Shown here: piece by piece, positions 1 to 9,606 of the stretch
How positions within the stretch are numbered: position 1 is the first letter of the stretch
How the letters are laid out: the number at the start of each line of letters is the position of its first letter
Source: Candidatus Saccharimonadales bacterium
GTDB lineage: Bacteria > Patescibacteriota > Saccharimonadia > Saccharimonadales > UBA7683
Direction of reading: 5' to 3'
Length of the DNA: 64,000 nucleotides
NCBI GenBank assembly: GCA_046350615.1
Contig: JAXMAA010000001.1
Coordinates: forward strand, 268,263 to 332,262
Translations under genes and position numbers: made by a program
The notes under the pieces: generated by a model
Databases searched by the model: none
What the model was told of the DNA's origin: nothing
The model's input: only the letters and a program-made list of their open reading frames with translations

Positions 1-1290
1 TTCTTGTTCATATACGCCTATTCGGAGGTTCTTTTCATGTTCAATGGTACCCGAAAAAACAATTGATTGGGGCTTACTACCAGAGGTCGTACTGCGAACC
101 GCCTTCACTAGCGTTGTTTTACCGGCTCCGTTTCTTCCCTTCAACTCCACCCTGCCGTGCACCCGAAGATCAAATGAAACTGGCTGAAATAACGGGGCCT
201 CACTGTAGCCAAGTGCGAGGCTCTCCACCCCTAAGAGCACTCTATCGCTTTTATCACTCCCCGCTTTAGTGCGAACGCGAATATTGCGAGCTTTATGCTC
301 TTGGTAGCTTTCGCTCATCTTAGTACCAAGATCCGCCGCTGATTCTCGGTCAATCCAAACGGTCGGCTTCTCGGTTGCCTCGCTGAGCTGCGCAAGTTCC
401 TTAACGGCACGCTGTTCTTGGCCCTTAAAGCGTTTAATGGTATCAGGATCTCTCGCTTTCTCCTTGAGGCGGCGAAAGCGTACCACGTCAGCTTGCAGGT
501 TCGCAATTTTACGCTGAGCAACCTCGTACTCATTCACCTCGGAGCTAATATTCATCACATTGAGCTTTAAATATGCATCGTAATTTCCTTTAAAACTGTG
601 GGCCTTGCCATCGCGAATTTCAATAATCCGATCGACACTGCGAAGCACATCACGGTCGTGAGTAATAACAACCACCGCCTCTTGAGCAGCGTTTAACCAG
701 GCGACGAATGATGCTTTAGCGACAAAATCCATATGATTGGTTGGCTCGTCTATCAGGGCAATGTCGGCCCGCGAACGCTGGATCTTCACAAGTTCCACCA
801 GACGTTTTTGCCCGCCTGAAAGCTCGCCAATTTTTTTATGAATCACCTCGCTACTCATTTGGTAATCGCTCAGAATCTTCTCGACATCGTTTTCAACATC
901 GTAGTAGCCAAGATCACCGAAACGTTCTAGCGCATCGCTGTAAGTTTGCATTTTATGCGTGCTTTCACTCATATGTTCGGGATAGGTTTCAATGATGTGT
1001 TTCAGTTTTGTATACTCGGGCAAATCCGCCAAAATGTACTCTAAAACATGCGTCTCTTCAAAACCATGATGCTCTTGGCGGCTAAAAACGAGCGATGCGC
1101 CCTTTCGCAGAGCTACGGCCCCATCAAAATCGGTATCTAACCCTGTAATGAGGTTAAATAATGTTGATTTGCCGGTGCCGTTACGCCCAATCAAGCCGAT
1201 TTTTTCACCAGCTTGTATTTTTATCTCTAAATTTTTGTAGAGCTCTTTGGCACCGAAGCCTTTGGATGCCACTGTTATCTGTGCAATCAT
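1..1290 (-). CDS. ABC-F family ATP-binding protein (5' part; runs off window start)
   Basis: Absent from the ORF track because it is open-ended. Manual translation from ATG 1290 is open to base 1: Walker A GRNGTGKS, signature LSGGQ, Walker B ALIDEPTNHMD, ITHDR, second Walker A GRNGAGKT, no TM segments. Confidence 0.9.
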   Translation of the reverse strand, partial: MIAQITVASKGFGAKELYKNLEIKIQAGEKIGLIGRNGTGKSTLFNLITGLDTDFDGAVALRKGASLVFSRQEHHGFEETHVLEYILADLPEYTKLKHIIETYPEHMSESTHKMQTYSDALERFGDLGYYDVENDVEKILSDYQMSSEVIHKKIGELSGGQKRLVELVKIQRSRADIALIDEPTNHMDFVAKASFVAWLNAAQEAVVVITHDRDVLRSVDRIIEIRDGKAHSFKGNYDAYLKLNVMNISSEVNEYEVAQRKIANLQADVVRFRRLKEKARDPDTIKRFKGQEQRAVKELAQLSEATEKPTVWIDRESAADLGTKMSESYQEHKARNIRVRTKAGSDKSDRVLLGVESLALGYSEAPLFQPVSFDLRVHGRVELKGRNGAGKTTLVKAVRSTTSGSKPQSIVFSGTIEHEKNLRIGVYEQE

Positions 1291-1445
1291 ACAATCCTGT
1301 TCTTATGCACTCTGCCAAACCTTAGCAAAGATGCTATTTACATGCTCAGTGTAACAGATGTGATATACTAGTGTCACCAAGCTATATTTTGCGGTAGTGG
1401 CAAAATCTCTAGCATAACTCAAAATCTAAGTACCAGGAGGTGTGC

Positions 1446-1895
1446 ATGTACAAACGAAGGTTAACGGTTCGTGGCGTTATTATTGATGGCGAAAAAGTGT
1501 TCGCGCAGCAACTCAAAAAGACTGTGGCGAAAGGCGGTGATTGGTGGTGCACTCCTGGTGGAGGTGTTGATGACGGCGAAAGTCTGCACGATGCACTAAA
1601 CCGAGAAATGGTTGAGGAAACTGGGGTAAAACCAGTAATTGGCGAGCTTCTTTTTGTGCAGCAATATACTGACGGTGATAATTCGGAGCAGCTGGAGTTC
1701 TTCTTTCATATTACCAACACCAGTGATTACCACGCAGTTGATCTCAGCAAAACCACCCATGGAGAGATAGAAATCGCCAACTATGGATTTATCAATCCCA
1801 AAGAATTCAATTTACTTCCTGCCGAGCTGCAAGAGATCGATATTGCGAACCACATTAGCAATAATACACCAGTCATGTTCTTTACTCACCTCTGA
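1446..1895 (+). CDS. NUDIX hydrolase
   Basis: Nudix box GGGVDDGESLHDALNREMVEETG; AGGAGG 5 nt before ATG 1446. Confidence 0.9.
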   Translation: MYKRRLTVRGVIIDGEKVFAQQLKKTVAKGGDWWCTPGGGVDDGESLHDALNREMVEETGVKPVIGELLFVQQYTDGDNSEQLEFFFHITNTSDYHAVDLSKTTHGEIEIANYGFINPKEFNLLPAELQEIDIANHISNNTPVMFFTHL

Positions 1896-1902
1896 GAATT
1901 GT

Positions 1903-2245
1903 CTACTGATACGCTTGGGCATGCGTACCGACATCAAGGAATATAATCTGATTCTCGGTTTCCTCATAAACCACGCGGATATCCGAAGTTATCGAAAACG
2001 CAAGCTTGCCGGATAGATTACCGGTAAGCGCATGGTCATTGAGTGGGTAGCCCTTTGCATCCTGAAGAAACAGCCCATACCGTTGGTCGAAAGCGTAAGT
2101 TAACTCTCAAAACCTCCCGTTCGTCATTCCCGCGAACGCAGGAATCCAGTTTAAATACTAGATCCCGGATCAAGTCCGGGATGACACAAGATGAGTTTTG
2201 AGAGTCAGGTACTTCCGACCTCTCACGAATAATCTGTTTTGTTAT
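1903..2245 (-). pseudogene. RelE/YafQ-family toxin, disrupted by a palindromic mini-element
   Basis: C-terminal frame reads AFDQRYGLFLQDAKGYPLNDHALTGNLSGKLAFSITSDIRVVYEETENQIIFLDVGTHAQAYQ*. The N-terminal piece (ITKQIIRERS, ATA where a start is expected) is separated by the 2103-2205 element and is out of frame. Lies downstream of an antitoxin. Confidence 0.8.
2103..2205. mobile_element. MITE-like element with 11-bp terminal inverted repeats enclosing two RPE/REP-like hairpins
   Basis: ACTCTCAAAAC (2103-2113) and GTTTTGAGAGT (2195-2205). Internal hairpins GTCATTCCCGCGAACGCAGGAATCCAG (2123-2149) and CTAGATCCCGGATCAAGTCCGGGATGAC (2158-2185). Confidence 0.8.
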
Positions 2246-2540
2246 TGCTGCCCCGCAAGCCTTTCATAAACCCTTCAACCGTGTTAAACGGACCTTCTAT
2301 ATCAATGCCGTGCTCAACATCACGTGCAGCTTTTTGAAGCCGTGCCGCTGCTTCTGGTGTTGGCTGGCCCCAAACATCGTCAAAATCAATCTCACGACCA
2401 TCAGCCTTCGCCTTAGCCCACACGCGAATATACGCCTGAATAGAATCAAATCCTAAGTTCTTCACATACGCCTCAAACCGATCACGCACATCCGCCTCAA
2501 TCGGCACCTGAATCTTAACCATATTCGATGTTTTACTCAT
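2223..2540 (-). CDS. RHH-type (RelB/DinJ-like) antitoxin
   Basis: 105 aa, N-terminal beta-strand/helix (VKIQVPIEADVRDRFEAYVKNLG), acidic C-terminus GPFNTVEGFM. Upstream of the RelE remnant; TTGACA-17-TACTCT ends 6 nt before ATG. Confidence 0.7.
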   Translation of the reverse strand: MSKTSNMVKIQVPIEADVRDRFEAYVKNLGFDSIQAYIRVWAKAKADGREIDFDDVWGQPTPEAAARLQKAARDVEHGIDIEGPFNTVEGFMKGLRGSNNKTDYS

Positions 2541-2685
2541 ACCAAAAGAGTATCAAAACAGTATAATTATGTCAATATAATGAATCCTAACACATCACAT
2601 TCGTTTCCGCGACACAGCACAGTACACAAGCATTACTATGATAATGATTCATCGACTTACCTCTTATGAAGCGTGGGTTCACGTT

Positions 2686-3498
2686 TCAATCATCTGCTAG
2701 AGGGTTGTCCTCAACTGTTTTCAAAGATGGTTTTCGGACAACACGATACCTCTCAATGCCTTCTCCGCCAAGGACTCCCCAATATAATCTTGAATTACCT
2801 CTAGCTGGGTTAATTAATCCACGTATTACAGGTGCAGTGTCTCCTGTGCTAGAAAGCCGCACGACTCTTTGCACTAAAAGGTTGAATGGACTAACACCGT
2901 ATGCATCTCGAAATTTTTCAATCTTTTCTCGACCGTCTGGAATCCCTTGTATATTGACTATCGAGAGTACCTTTGATTCGCGCTCACGATGCACATTCAA
3001 GCCCAATCGGGCAAGATACTGTCCATGATGATACAGCCTGGCCTGATACAAAGCTTCTGGACAGGGCGTTTCGAATTGCGGCCGATCATGTTGATGGGCA
3101 GCAATTCTGTCTGTAAGAACAAACTGTATATCTATGCCATCATCACACTTTTCGTCGCCGTACATTTCAACAAGATATTCCTGCGCATCTAAGTTGTCCA
3201 ACGCCCTATCAAGCTGCAAGCTGTTCTCAGGGTTAATAGTGGTTACGTGCCCACTACGGAAGCTTGTGTCAGCAGATAAGTACACAGCACCGAACGCATT
3301 CTCGAAGTTTATTGGGCGAAAACCAGTCCGCCTCTTGACTTCTTCATATCTCGCTAAAAATGGCCATCGTGGGTCATCATCTGTAGGCAAAAACCCATAC
3401 AAGCTAAAGGCTGTATCGAGAAGAACGGAAGGCTTCTGCATAAATGGCAGTTCACAGCCGTTTTTAGGTAACGGTAAGGTCCCCAGTACTCTAGACAT
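2686..3498 (-). CDS. hypothetical protein (weak VirK/YbjX-like segment)
   Basis: 270-aa ORF with its own TTGACA-18-TATAAT promoter 6 nt before ATG. VLSIVNIQG...YGVSPFNLLV loosely recalls VirK/DUF535. Confidence 0.6.
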   Translation of the reverse strand: MSRVLGTLPLPKNGCELPFMQKPSVLLDTAFSLYGFLPTDDDPRWPFLARYEEVKRRTGFRPINFENAFGAVYLSADTSFRSGHVTTINPENSLQLDRALDNLDAQEYLVEMYGDEKCDDGIDIQFVLTDRIAAHQHDRPQFETPCPEALYQARLYHHGQYLARLGLNVHRERESKVLSIVNIQGIPDGREKIEKFRDAYGVSPFNLLVQRVVRLSSTGDTAPVIRGLINPARGNSRLYWGVLGGEGIERYRVVRKPSLKTVEDNPLADD

Positions 3499-3525
3499 TA
3501 ATGCATTATAACATACTTTATGCAG

Positions 3526-4374
3526 TTATGTCAATATTTGGGCATCTTCAATCTGGTGATTGCCGATTCTGGTGCGGCGGAGTTCGGTGCAGTAGGCGCC
3601 GGTTTTGAGGGTTTTGCCGATATCTTCTACCAAGGAACGGATGTAGGTGCCGCTGCTGACGTCGCAGATGCATTTGAGGTAGGGGTATTCGTAGCTTACT
3701 AGTTGTAATCTGCTGATTGTCACCTTTCGGGATGGAATCTCGAAACTCTTGCCCTCTCGGGCCAGTTTATAGGCCCGTTTGCCGTTAATTTTGATCGCAG
3801 AATAGGCCGGTGGGGTTTGGGTAATCTCTCCCGTGAACTGACGAAGTGCTTGTTGCACTTCTTCGGGAGTTGGATTATTGATAAGTGATTTTTGAAGGGA
3901 AGATAACTCGCGTTGCTCAGGACTTTCTACTGGATTCCCGATCAGGTCGGGAATGACAGAGTCGTCAGATCCTCCGTTTTCCATATTCCATATTCCGTAT
4001 TCCAAAATCTCACCTTCCGGATCGCCCGTGCTACTCACCTCACCGAGCTTTGCGGTGAACTCGTAGGTTTTATCTAGTTTTAGGTATGATGAGGCGTCTT
4101 TGCAGGCATCGCCAACTAAGATAATAAGCAGTCCGGTAGCAAATGGGTCAAGCGTGCCGGCATGACCAACTTTAATTTTTTTGGGTTTTTGGGTGGAAGG
4201 TAACTCGCTTCGCTCAGGTTCATTAAACTGGATTCCCGTCTTCACGGGAATGACGGGTCTATTTGCTATTTGCTGGTATCTGTTATCTGTGTTCCGAAGC
4301 AAGCTTCGGATGCGGGCAACCACATCAAAACTCGTCCATCCGGCTGGTTTATCAATCAGTATTACATCTTTCAT
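3526..4374 (-). CDS. truB: tRNA pseudouridine(55) synthase TruB, with two repeat-derived in-frame insertions
   Basis: LIDKPAGWTSFDVV, KVGHAGTLDPFATG, QTPPAYSAIKINGKRAY, SSGTYIRSL, LRRTRIG. Confidence 0.95.
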   Translation of the reverse strand: MKDVILIDKPAGWTSFDVVARIRSLLRNTDNRYQQIANRPVIPVKTGIQFNEPERSELPSTQKPKKIKVGHAGTLDPFATGLLIILVGDACKDASSYLKLDKTYEFTAKLGEVSSTGDPEGEILEYGIWNMENGGSDDSVIPDLIGNPVESPEQRELSSLQKSLINNPTPEEVQQALRQFTGEITQTPPAYSAIKINGKRAYKLAREGKSFEIPSRKVTISRLQLVSYEYPYLKCICDVSSGTYIRSLVEDIGKTLKTGAYCTELRRTRIGNHQIEDAQILT

Positions 4375-4380
4375 TATCTG

Positions 4381-4392
4381 TTAGTATACTAA
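4381..4392. promoter_or_regulatory. palindromic bidirectional -10 element for divergent leaderless truB and deacetylase genes
   Basis: TTAGTATACTAA gives TATACT on both strands, 7-8 nt from each ATG, in a 23-bp intergenic gap. Confidence 0.7.
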
Positions 4393-4397
4393 ACATC

Positions 4398-5108
4398 ATG
4401 AAGAAGTTATTATTTGGTATTTTTGCCCACCCCGATGATGAAGCATTCGGGCCATCGGCCTCCTTATATCAAGCTGCTCAGAGCGGTACAGATGTACATC
4501 TTATTTTGTTAACAGATGGCGAAAACGGCAATAATCCCGATGAAGTGAGCGGCCTCGCTCAAGTGCGGCTCAAAGAGTGGGAACAAAGCGGTGCGCTTAT
4601 TGGCGTGAAGAGCCAACACGCTTTGCATTACCCTGACGGTGGTATCAATAACAATTTGTATTTAGAAATTGCAGAAAAAATCTTCGCGGTTATACGTAAA
4701 GTTTTGAAAACATACAGCAACGAGGTGTCGGTAGATTTCATGACCTACGAACAGGGTGGCATTACCGGACATCTTGACCATATTGCCGCCAGCTACATCA
4801 CAACTTTCGTTTACCTGAAACTACACGAGGAACAGAGCACGCACCACCATATTCAAACACTGAAATACTATTGCCTACCCCAGTGTCTTGCACCCGAAAC
4901 AAACACCAGCTGGCTCTACATGACATGCGGCAAGGCAGATGCACACTGCGATGAGATTTTTGATTACATCGAACTAAAAGAGATTAAGCTGAAAATCATG
5001 AAAGCTCATCGCTCGCAGCGTGATGATATGCAAGCCATAGTGCGCCAGCAGACAGCAACCAACAATCCATGTCGCTATAAAGATCACTTTTGTTATTTTA
5101 AATCTTAG
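4398..5108 (+). CDS. PIG-L/LmbE family deacetylase
   Basis: FAHPDDE motif, TDGE, GHLDH, AHRSQ. Confidence 0.9.
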   Translation: MKKLLFGIFAHPDDEAFGPSASLYQAAQSGTDVHLILLTDGENGNNPDEVSGLAQVRLKEWEQSGALIGVKSQHALHYPDGGINNNLYLEIAEKIFAVIRKVLKTYSNEVSVDFMTYEQGGITGHLDHIAASYITTFVYLKLHEEQSTHHHIQTLKYYCLPQCLAPETNTSWLYMTCGKADAHCDEIFDYIELKEIKLKIMKAHRSQRDDMQAIVRQQTATNNPCRYKDHFCYFKS

Positions 5109-5257
5109 TTTGTAGTTGATGGTTTGTAGTTTGTGGTTGGCAGTTGGCAGCTCTTAGGTCGGCTGCGCGAGGATGAAAGCAAATGGGAAGTTTTTTCTAA
5201 GCTCTAAGTTCTAAGAACTAAGATCCATCTCTCTATTTGCTGCTATCTGTTATCTAC
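5105..5257. repeat. degenerate heptamer-repeat tract with a ~34-bp core shared with 29813-29846
   Basis: TTTGTAG/TTTGTGG/TTGGCAG and CTAAGCT/CTAAGTT/CTAAGAA runs around GGTCGGCTGCGCGAGGATGAAAGCAAATGGGAAG. Confidence 0.6.
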
Positions 5258-7480
5258 CTAAACTGGTGGCAGCGGAGGCAACCCCGAACCATTCGGATTA
5301 TTGAGTGGTGATTGCCCTTGAAGCTCACGGTTACGATCTACTGCCTGCTCGTAATCAGCAACTTTCGCATCAATTTTTGCCTGGCGATCAACATCGGCCT
5401 GATTCTGCTGCGCAGCAAGATCATCGCCAGCTTGTGTCCACGTGTTTTGAGATTGTGGCATATTCTGCATAAACTCTGGGTTTGTTTGCGGCTGGAACCC
5501 GGTAGCAATATCCGTTATTGGCTGACTGCCCGGAAGGGGTGGCAGTGGCGGAAGACCTTGTTGATCTGCGCTAGCGCCGGGCAGTGGTGGCAATGGCGGC
5601 AACCCTGCCGTCTGATCTTGCGGTGGCAGCGGTGGCGTTATGGGTGGTGCAAACGAGGCTGCGGTGGCTGGCGCTGGACCAAGTGGCGGCGGGCTGAAAT
5701 CGCCCACTGGTGCCGGGGGTAGCATTGGTTCTGGCTGAGATGGTAAAGCTACGTCTGTAATGGTTGGTGCTGGAAAGGCTTCGGGAACAACCGGCTCAGG
5801 ACTCGGCGGTGTAATTGGTGCTACTACCGGAGGTGTTTCTGGGCTAGCCTCGAGAGGAGCCACCTCTGGAAGTGGCGTACTACCGATAGATTCAAGCCGT
5901 TTGTGAGGTGGATCAACAGCCGCATCTTCAACCGCCTTACGTGCCGCCTCAATCGTCTCTTCCGAACCAATGACACCATCATTAGTATGTTCAAGTGTTG
6001 GCGGGGTATTAGATTCAGATTCTAGAGCAGTCGTGCTTGAAGCCGCCTCATCACCTGCTTGTGTTGCATTCAGCGTTCCCCCAAATTGCGGTGGCGTCAG
6101 AGCGTCTCGCGCTGGAGGCGGCGTAATGCTTGGCAAACCATCAGGGGCGGCAGCTTCGGCTACAGGAGGTGCTACTGGCACTGGAATCTCCACGGGTGCC
6201 GGAGGATTTGCAGCTGCCGTATCTTTTACAGTTTCCTCACGCTTTGCTGTGGGTTTTTGAGGCTGGGTTGCTGGCGATTCGGAATTTTTCTGCTTATCGA
6301 GCGCTAGTTTTAAGCTTACATCTGTTTGAGCCGGCTTATTATCTTGGTCTTGCTGCTTAACCTTAGCTGGCTGTTGTTGGTCTTTTGAACTCTGATTTTG
6401 TTGCCCGCCATTATTACCCTGTGCGTTTTTACCAGGTTGGTTATTTTTGGCACCCTTTCTGCTATCCCGGCCATCTTTTTTCGAATCCTTTTGTTCGTTG
6501 TGTTCGAGTACCATCTCGCCACTGTCATCTTGCGGCTGGTCTTTTGGTTTATTCCGAATTGATTCGCTCAACACACCCTCTTGGCGAAGATTACTGGCTA
6601 TCAGCTGCTGATTTGCTCCAGCTGCCATCAACTGGGCTGCGAGCGTCATCACTTTTGGACTGGTTTTTTCGTTCGAGAATCGGCTAGTTTCGGCAACAAT
6701 ACCAGTTAAGAACGCTGTGGCCGATTGAGCATCGAGTAATTGCGCATCAAGTTGGTCTACTAAACTCAGTAGCATCTCGGCAACCGAGCTTGCCTCGCCA
6801 TCATTCCAGTTGATACTGCCAAGATTGCTCTTCTGAACCCCTGCATTGATAGAAACAACCGTTGCATCGTGCAAAATGCGACCATGCGCAGTAATTGCCC
6901 TATCGAGCTCATCCCGGTTGAGCGCGCCGAGCGCCAAGACAACATCAACATTAAAATCACCTTGGCTAAATTGGAGGTCCTTTTGGGTGATAACTGTCTT
7001 ATATGGGGTGATGAAGATTTTCACAACATCATCTTCCACCTTGTAGCGCAGCTTATCTGCTTTTTCTCTATCAAGCGCAATTATGAAATCACGCAGGCTA
7101 TCCACAGTATTCTCAAAGGTTTTTTCTGGATCCAGAAACTCCATTGCAGCTGGAATCTTGCCACTAAATACCGCCGTAGCGTGTTTGCCGATCTTTCCGA
7201 GTATGATAGTCAGCCCGAGTGCTGAAGCAAGCTCATCAACAGATGGGTTACCGCCCACCGTAACAAGCATGTTTTTTCCGTTATTAATTGCTGTGACTAT
7301 TTGTGAAACCAGACCTTCAACCGGTTCGGCCGATGCGGGTTGCGGCTGTTCCTCTGGTTGCGATTGCTGTGGCACCTCGGGTACTAGCGGCTCAGCCGGC
7401 AATGCCGGAAGATTTGGTAGTGGCGGTGCTTGCGGCTGCGTACTATCGGGAACTTGTGAAACAGGCGTTTGTGGATCCAT
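5258..7480 (-). CDS. DHH-phosphoesterase-like domain protein with long Pro/Gln-rich disordered tail
   Basis: NPSVDELASALGL, ATAFLTGIVAETSRFSN (NrnA-like fold). The DHH motif is replaced by INAG. Start moved to MDPQ (7480). Confidence 0.8.
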   Translation of the reverse strand: MDPQTPVSQVPDSTQPQAPPLPNLPALPAEPLVPEVPQQSQPEEQPQPASAEPVEGLVSQIVTAINNGKNMLVTVGGNPSVDELASALGLTIILGKIGKHATAVFSGKIPAAMEFLDPEKTFENTVDSLRDFIIALDREKADKLRYKVEDDVVKIFITPYKTVITQKDLQFSQGDFNVDVVLALGALNRDELDRAITAHGRILHDATVVSINAGVQKSNLGSINWNDGEASSVAEMLLSLVDQLDAQLLDAQSATAFLTGIVAETSRFSNEKTSPKVMTLAAQLMAAGANQQLIASNLRQEGVLSESIRNKPKDQPQDDSGEMVLEHNEQKDSKKDGRDSRKGAKNNQPGKNAQGNNGGQQNQSSKDQQQPAKVKQQDQDNKPAQTDVSLKLALDKQKNSESPATQPQKPTAKREETVKDTAAANPPAPVEIPVPVAPPVAEAAAPDGLPSITPPPARDALTPPQFGGTLNATQAGDEAASSTTALESESNTPPTLEHTNDGVIGSEETIEAARKAVEDAAVDPPHKRLESIGSTPLPEVAPLEASPETPPVVAPITPPSPEPVVPEAFPAPTITDVALPSQPEPMLPPAPVGDFSPPPLGPAPATAASFAPPITPPLPPQDQTAGLPPLPPLPGASADQQGLPPLPPLPGSQPITDIATGFQPQTNPEFMQNMPQSQNTWTQAGDDLAAQQNQADVDRQAKIDAKVADYEQAVDRNRELQGQSPLNNPNGSGLPPLPPV

Positions 7481-7579
7481 TTTCTTACCTATTTTTATTT
7501 TAGCTTTTATACATAAACAGTATCGGATTTTAACAGTGATGTCAAGAGAGAAATACTTCAATCACGAATTACCGACCTT

Positions 7580-7605
7580 GTCATCCTGAGCGAAGCCGAA
7601 GGATC
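7580..7605. repeat. RPE/REP-like palindromic element (intergenic)
   Basis: GTCATCCTGAGCGAAGCCGAAGGATC; near-identical copy at 63152-63178 and an inverted copy at 42923-42949. Confidence 0.8.
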
Positions 7606-7787
7606 GAGCAATGAATAACGGTTTAGATCAGATCTTCCCTCCTTTGCTAAAACTCTGGTGAACAGGTCGATAGGCTCAAGATGGCATACTGCTGATGGCT
7701 TCATTCGTGGTTGGGGTAAAAACAGATAACAGAAAGCGCATGTGCCACCTCTATTTGCTACCATCTATTATCTCTTATCTGACTCAC

Positions 7788-7816
7788 TTTACAATCACCT
7801 CTGTTTACGGTATACT
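7788..7816 (+). promoter_or_regulatory. sigma70 promoter for rpsT
   Basis: TTTACA-17 nt-TATACT. Confidence 0.6.
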
Positions 7817-7866
7817 CTTCCCTTGACTATAAAGAAAAGTTAAATCCATTCAGGAGAATAATCTAG

Positions 7867-8268
7867 ATGCCAATTATCAAATCTGCAAAAAAGCGCATGA
7901 AGCAAACTGCTGTTCGACGTGCTCGCAATCAAACAACGAAACGAAGCCTACGAAGTGAAGTAAAAATACTCGCAGCAGCAATTGAGGCCAAGGATGGCAA
8001 AAAAGCCGCAGAAGCATTGAAGAAAGTTCAGAGCAATCTCGATAAAACAGTCAAGAAGAACATCTTAAAAAAGAACACCGCAGCCCGAAAGCTCGCCCGC
8101 CTTTCAGAACAAGTAAAAGCCCTCGGCGCCAAGCCAGCTACAACTACCAAAGCCAAAGCAGCCCCAAAAGCGACAAAACCAACAGAGAAGAAAGCCCCGG
8201 CAAAGAAACCCGCAGCCAAAAAACCAGCTGCTAGAGCTACGGTAAAAAAAGCTTCAACTAAAAAATAA
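7867..8268 (+). CDS. rpsT: 30S ribosomal protein S20 with Lys/Ala/Pro-rich C-terminal extension
   Basis: MPIIKSAKKRMKQ...RN...LDK...KKNTAARKLARL; PAKK-repeat tail. Confidence 0.95.
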   Translation: MPIIKSAKKRMKQTAVRRARNQTTKRSLRSEVKILAAAIEAKDGKKAAEALKKVQSNLDKTVKKNILKKNTAARKLARLSEQVKALGAKPATTTKAKAAPKATKPTEKKAPAKKPAAKKPAARATVKKASTKK

Positions 8269-8388
8269 CCGAGCAAGTGATATAGGACCCTCATTATGCT
8301 ATGCATGCGAGGGCCTTTTTTTGATATACCAAAATTATCCAACTATTGCTTTGTTAACTTCTGTTGGTGGACACCCATAAACCTATGG

Positions 8389-8721
8389 CTAGTATGGGCC
8401 TTCTGTGAGATCAATAAGTGCGCCCTGTGCATCTAACTCATCAAAGAACGCCCGCTCCCATAGGTCTTGATTGCCCCAATTGCCATCTGATGCCTGGAAG
8501 TATCTTTCTCTATCATTTCTGGTCATTCCTGCAAGCGCTTCAAGCGCCACAATGTAGCTTTCAAACAGAACAGGCCTCCTTGTTTCATCTTTAAAAACAA
8601 CCCTCGTCTCCATTTGACCATACACCGGGTCGGTGCAACGTAATTTTGCTTCGGCCGCAACCGCTCGAGCCATATCACGTCCATCTTTTTCGTACAATCT
8701 CGCGCCTGTCTTCTCAATCAT
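8389..8721 (-). CDS. hypothetical protein
   Basis: 110-aa ORF preceded by an AAGGAG SD; no recognisable motif. Confidence 0.6.
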   Translation of the reverse strand: MIEKTGARLYEKDGRDMARAVAAEAKLRCTDPVYGQMETRVVFKDETRRPVLFESYIVALEALAGMTRNDRERYFQASDGNWGNQDLWERAFFDELDAQGALIDLTEGPY

Positions 8722-8776
8722 AAAACTCCTTCGTTTATATCACAGCTCCACTCTAGAGTTTCTAAGTAGTATTTGA

Positions 8777-8808
8777 AATATTGTCTATAGTTGTTTATAG
8801 ACAATATT
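8777..8808. promoter_or_regulatory. 13-bp inverted repeat, candidate operator of the TrmB-like regulator
   Basis: AATATTGTCTATA-N6-TATAGACAATATT in the divergent promoter region. Confidence 0.55.
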
Positions 8809-8832
8809 AAATAATATGGGCATACTTATGAC

Positions 8833-9606
8833 ATGCAACCAGTTATCAAGTGGCTCCATGAGTACGGATTGAATCAAACTGAAGTAAAGGTTTACTTGTG
8901 TGTGCTGCAGAATCCGGCGGTTAAAGTTTCGGATATTCAGAGACTTACAGCTCTTGTCCGGACAACTCTCTACTACACCCTTGCCGAATTAAAGACAAGG
9001 GGTCTTATTTCAGAGAATTTACAGAATAACGTGAAGTCGTATCGAGCCGCCGACCCGGACGTTTTAAAGAATGATATAGAGGCACAGATTGCCACAAACA
9101 AGAAACAATTGAACGAACTTGAGAACCTCGAGACTATCTTCAACTCACTCGCTGAAAAAAAGGTGGCACCAGAATCATACGTAGCACGTTTTGAAGGTAT
9201 CGCCCCAATTAAGGGAGCGATTGAGCAGGCGTTTCGCTGTCATTCAAAACGATGGCATATCATTGCAGCTCGTAAAAATTTTCTCTACTTCATGAGCAAG
9301 CAGTACCAGCAATACTATCTGGCCGAAAGGAGACGGCGAGGCATCACTGCCAAAACACTTTGGGAGCCAACTGAAGATTTTAGAGAGCCCACGCTTGAAG
9401 ATGTGCTCTACAGAAATCAACGGAGATTACCTGAAAACTTTCGTGGTAGATTCAAATCACTTGTAATTATCTATGATGATACGACTCTTATTATTGATCC
9501 GTACGAGTACAAAACAGCACATGCAATCCACAATGCTACCACCGCCCGATTACTCAGTATGCTACACGAATCTATCTGGCACCATGCAGGAAAGAATCGA
9601 GCTTAG
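8833..9606 (+). CDS. TrmB-family transcriptional regulator
   Basis: YGLNQTEVKVYL...RTTLYYTLAELKTRGLI wHTH, coiled coil, FEG..I, PLD-like C-terminus IIYDD. Confidence 0.85.
   Translation: MQPVIKWLHEYGLNQTEVKVYLCVLQNPAVKVSDIQRLTALVRTTLYYTLAELKTRGLISENLQNNVKSYRAADPDVLKNDIEAQIATNKKQLNELENLETIFNSLAEKKVAPESYVARFEGIAPIKGAIEQAFRCHSKRWHIIAARKNFLYFMSKQYQQYYLAERRRRGITAKTLWEPTEDFREPTLEDVLYRNQRRLPENFRGRFKSLVIIYDDTTLIIDPYEYKTAHAIHNATTARLLSMLHESIWHHAGKNRA

Noticed and set aside
63-995. Short ORFs listed in the track at the window start
   Set aside because: They are shadows of the ABC-F gene running 1290 to <1 on the minus strand, which is intact by manual translation.
7558-7764. 68-aa ORF upstream of the DHH-like gene
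   Set aside because: It is built largely from repeat sequence (LDPSASLRMT is the RPE palindrome), with no independent coding evidence.
8130-8268. Histone-H1-like PAKK tail on RpsT
   Set aside because: Low-complexity basic tails on ribosomal proteins are, as far as I recall, common in this lineage; noted in features only.
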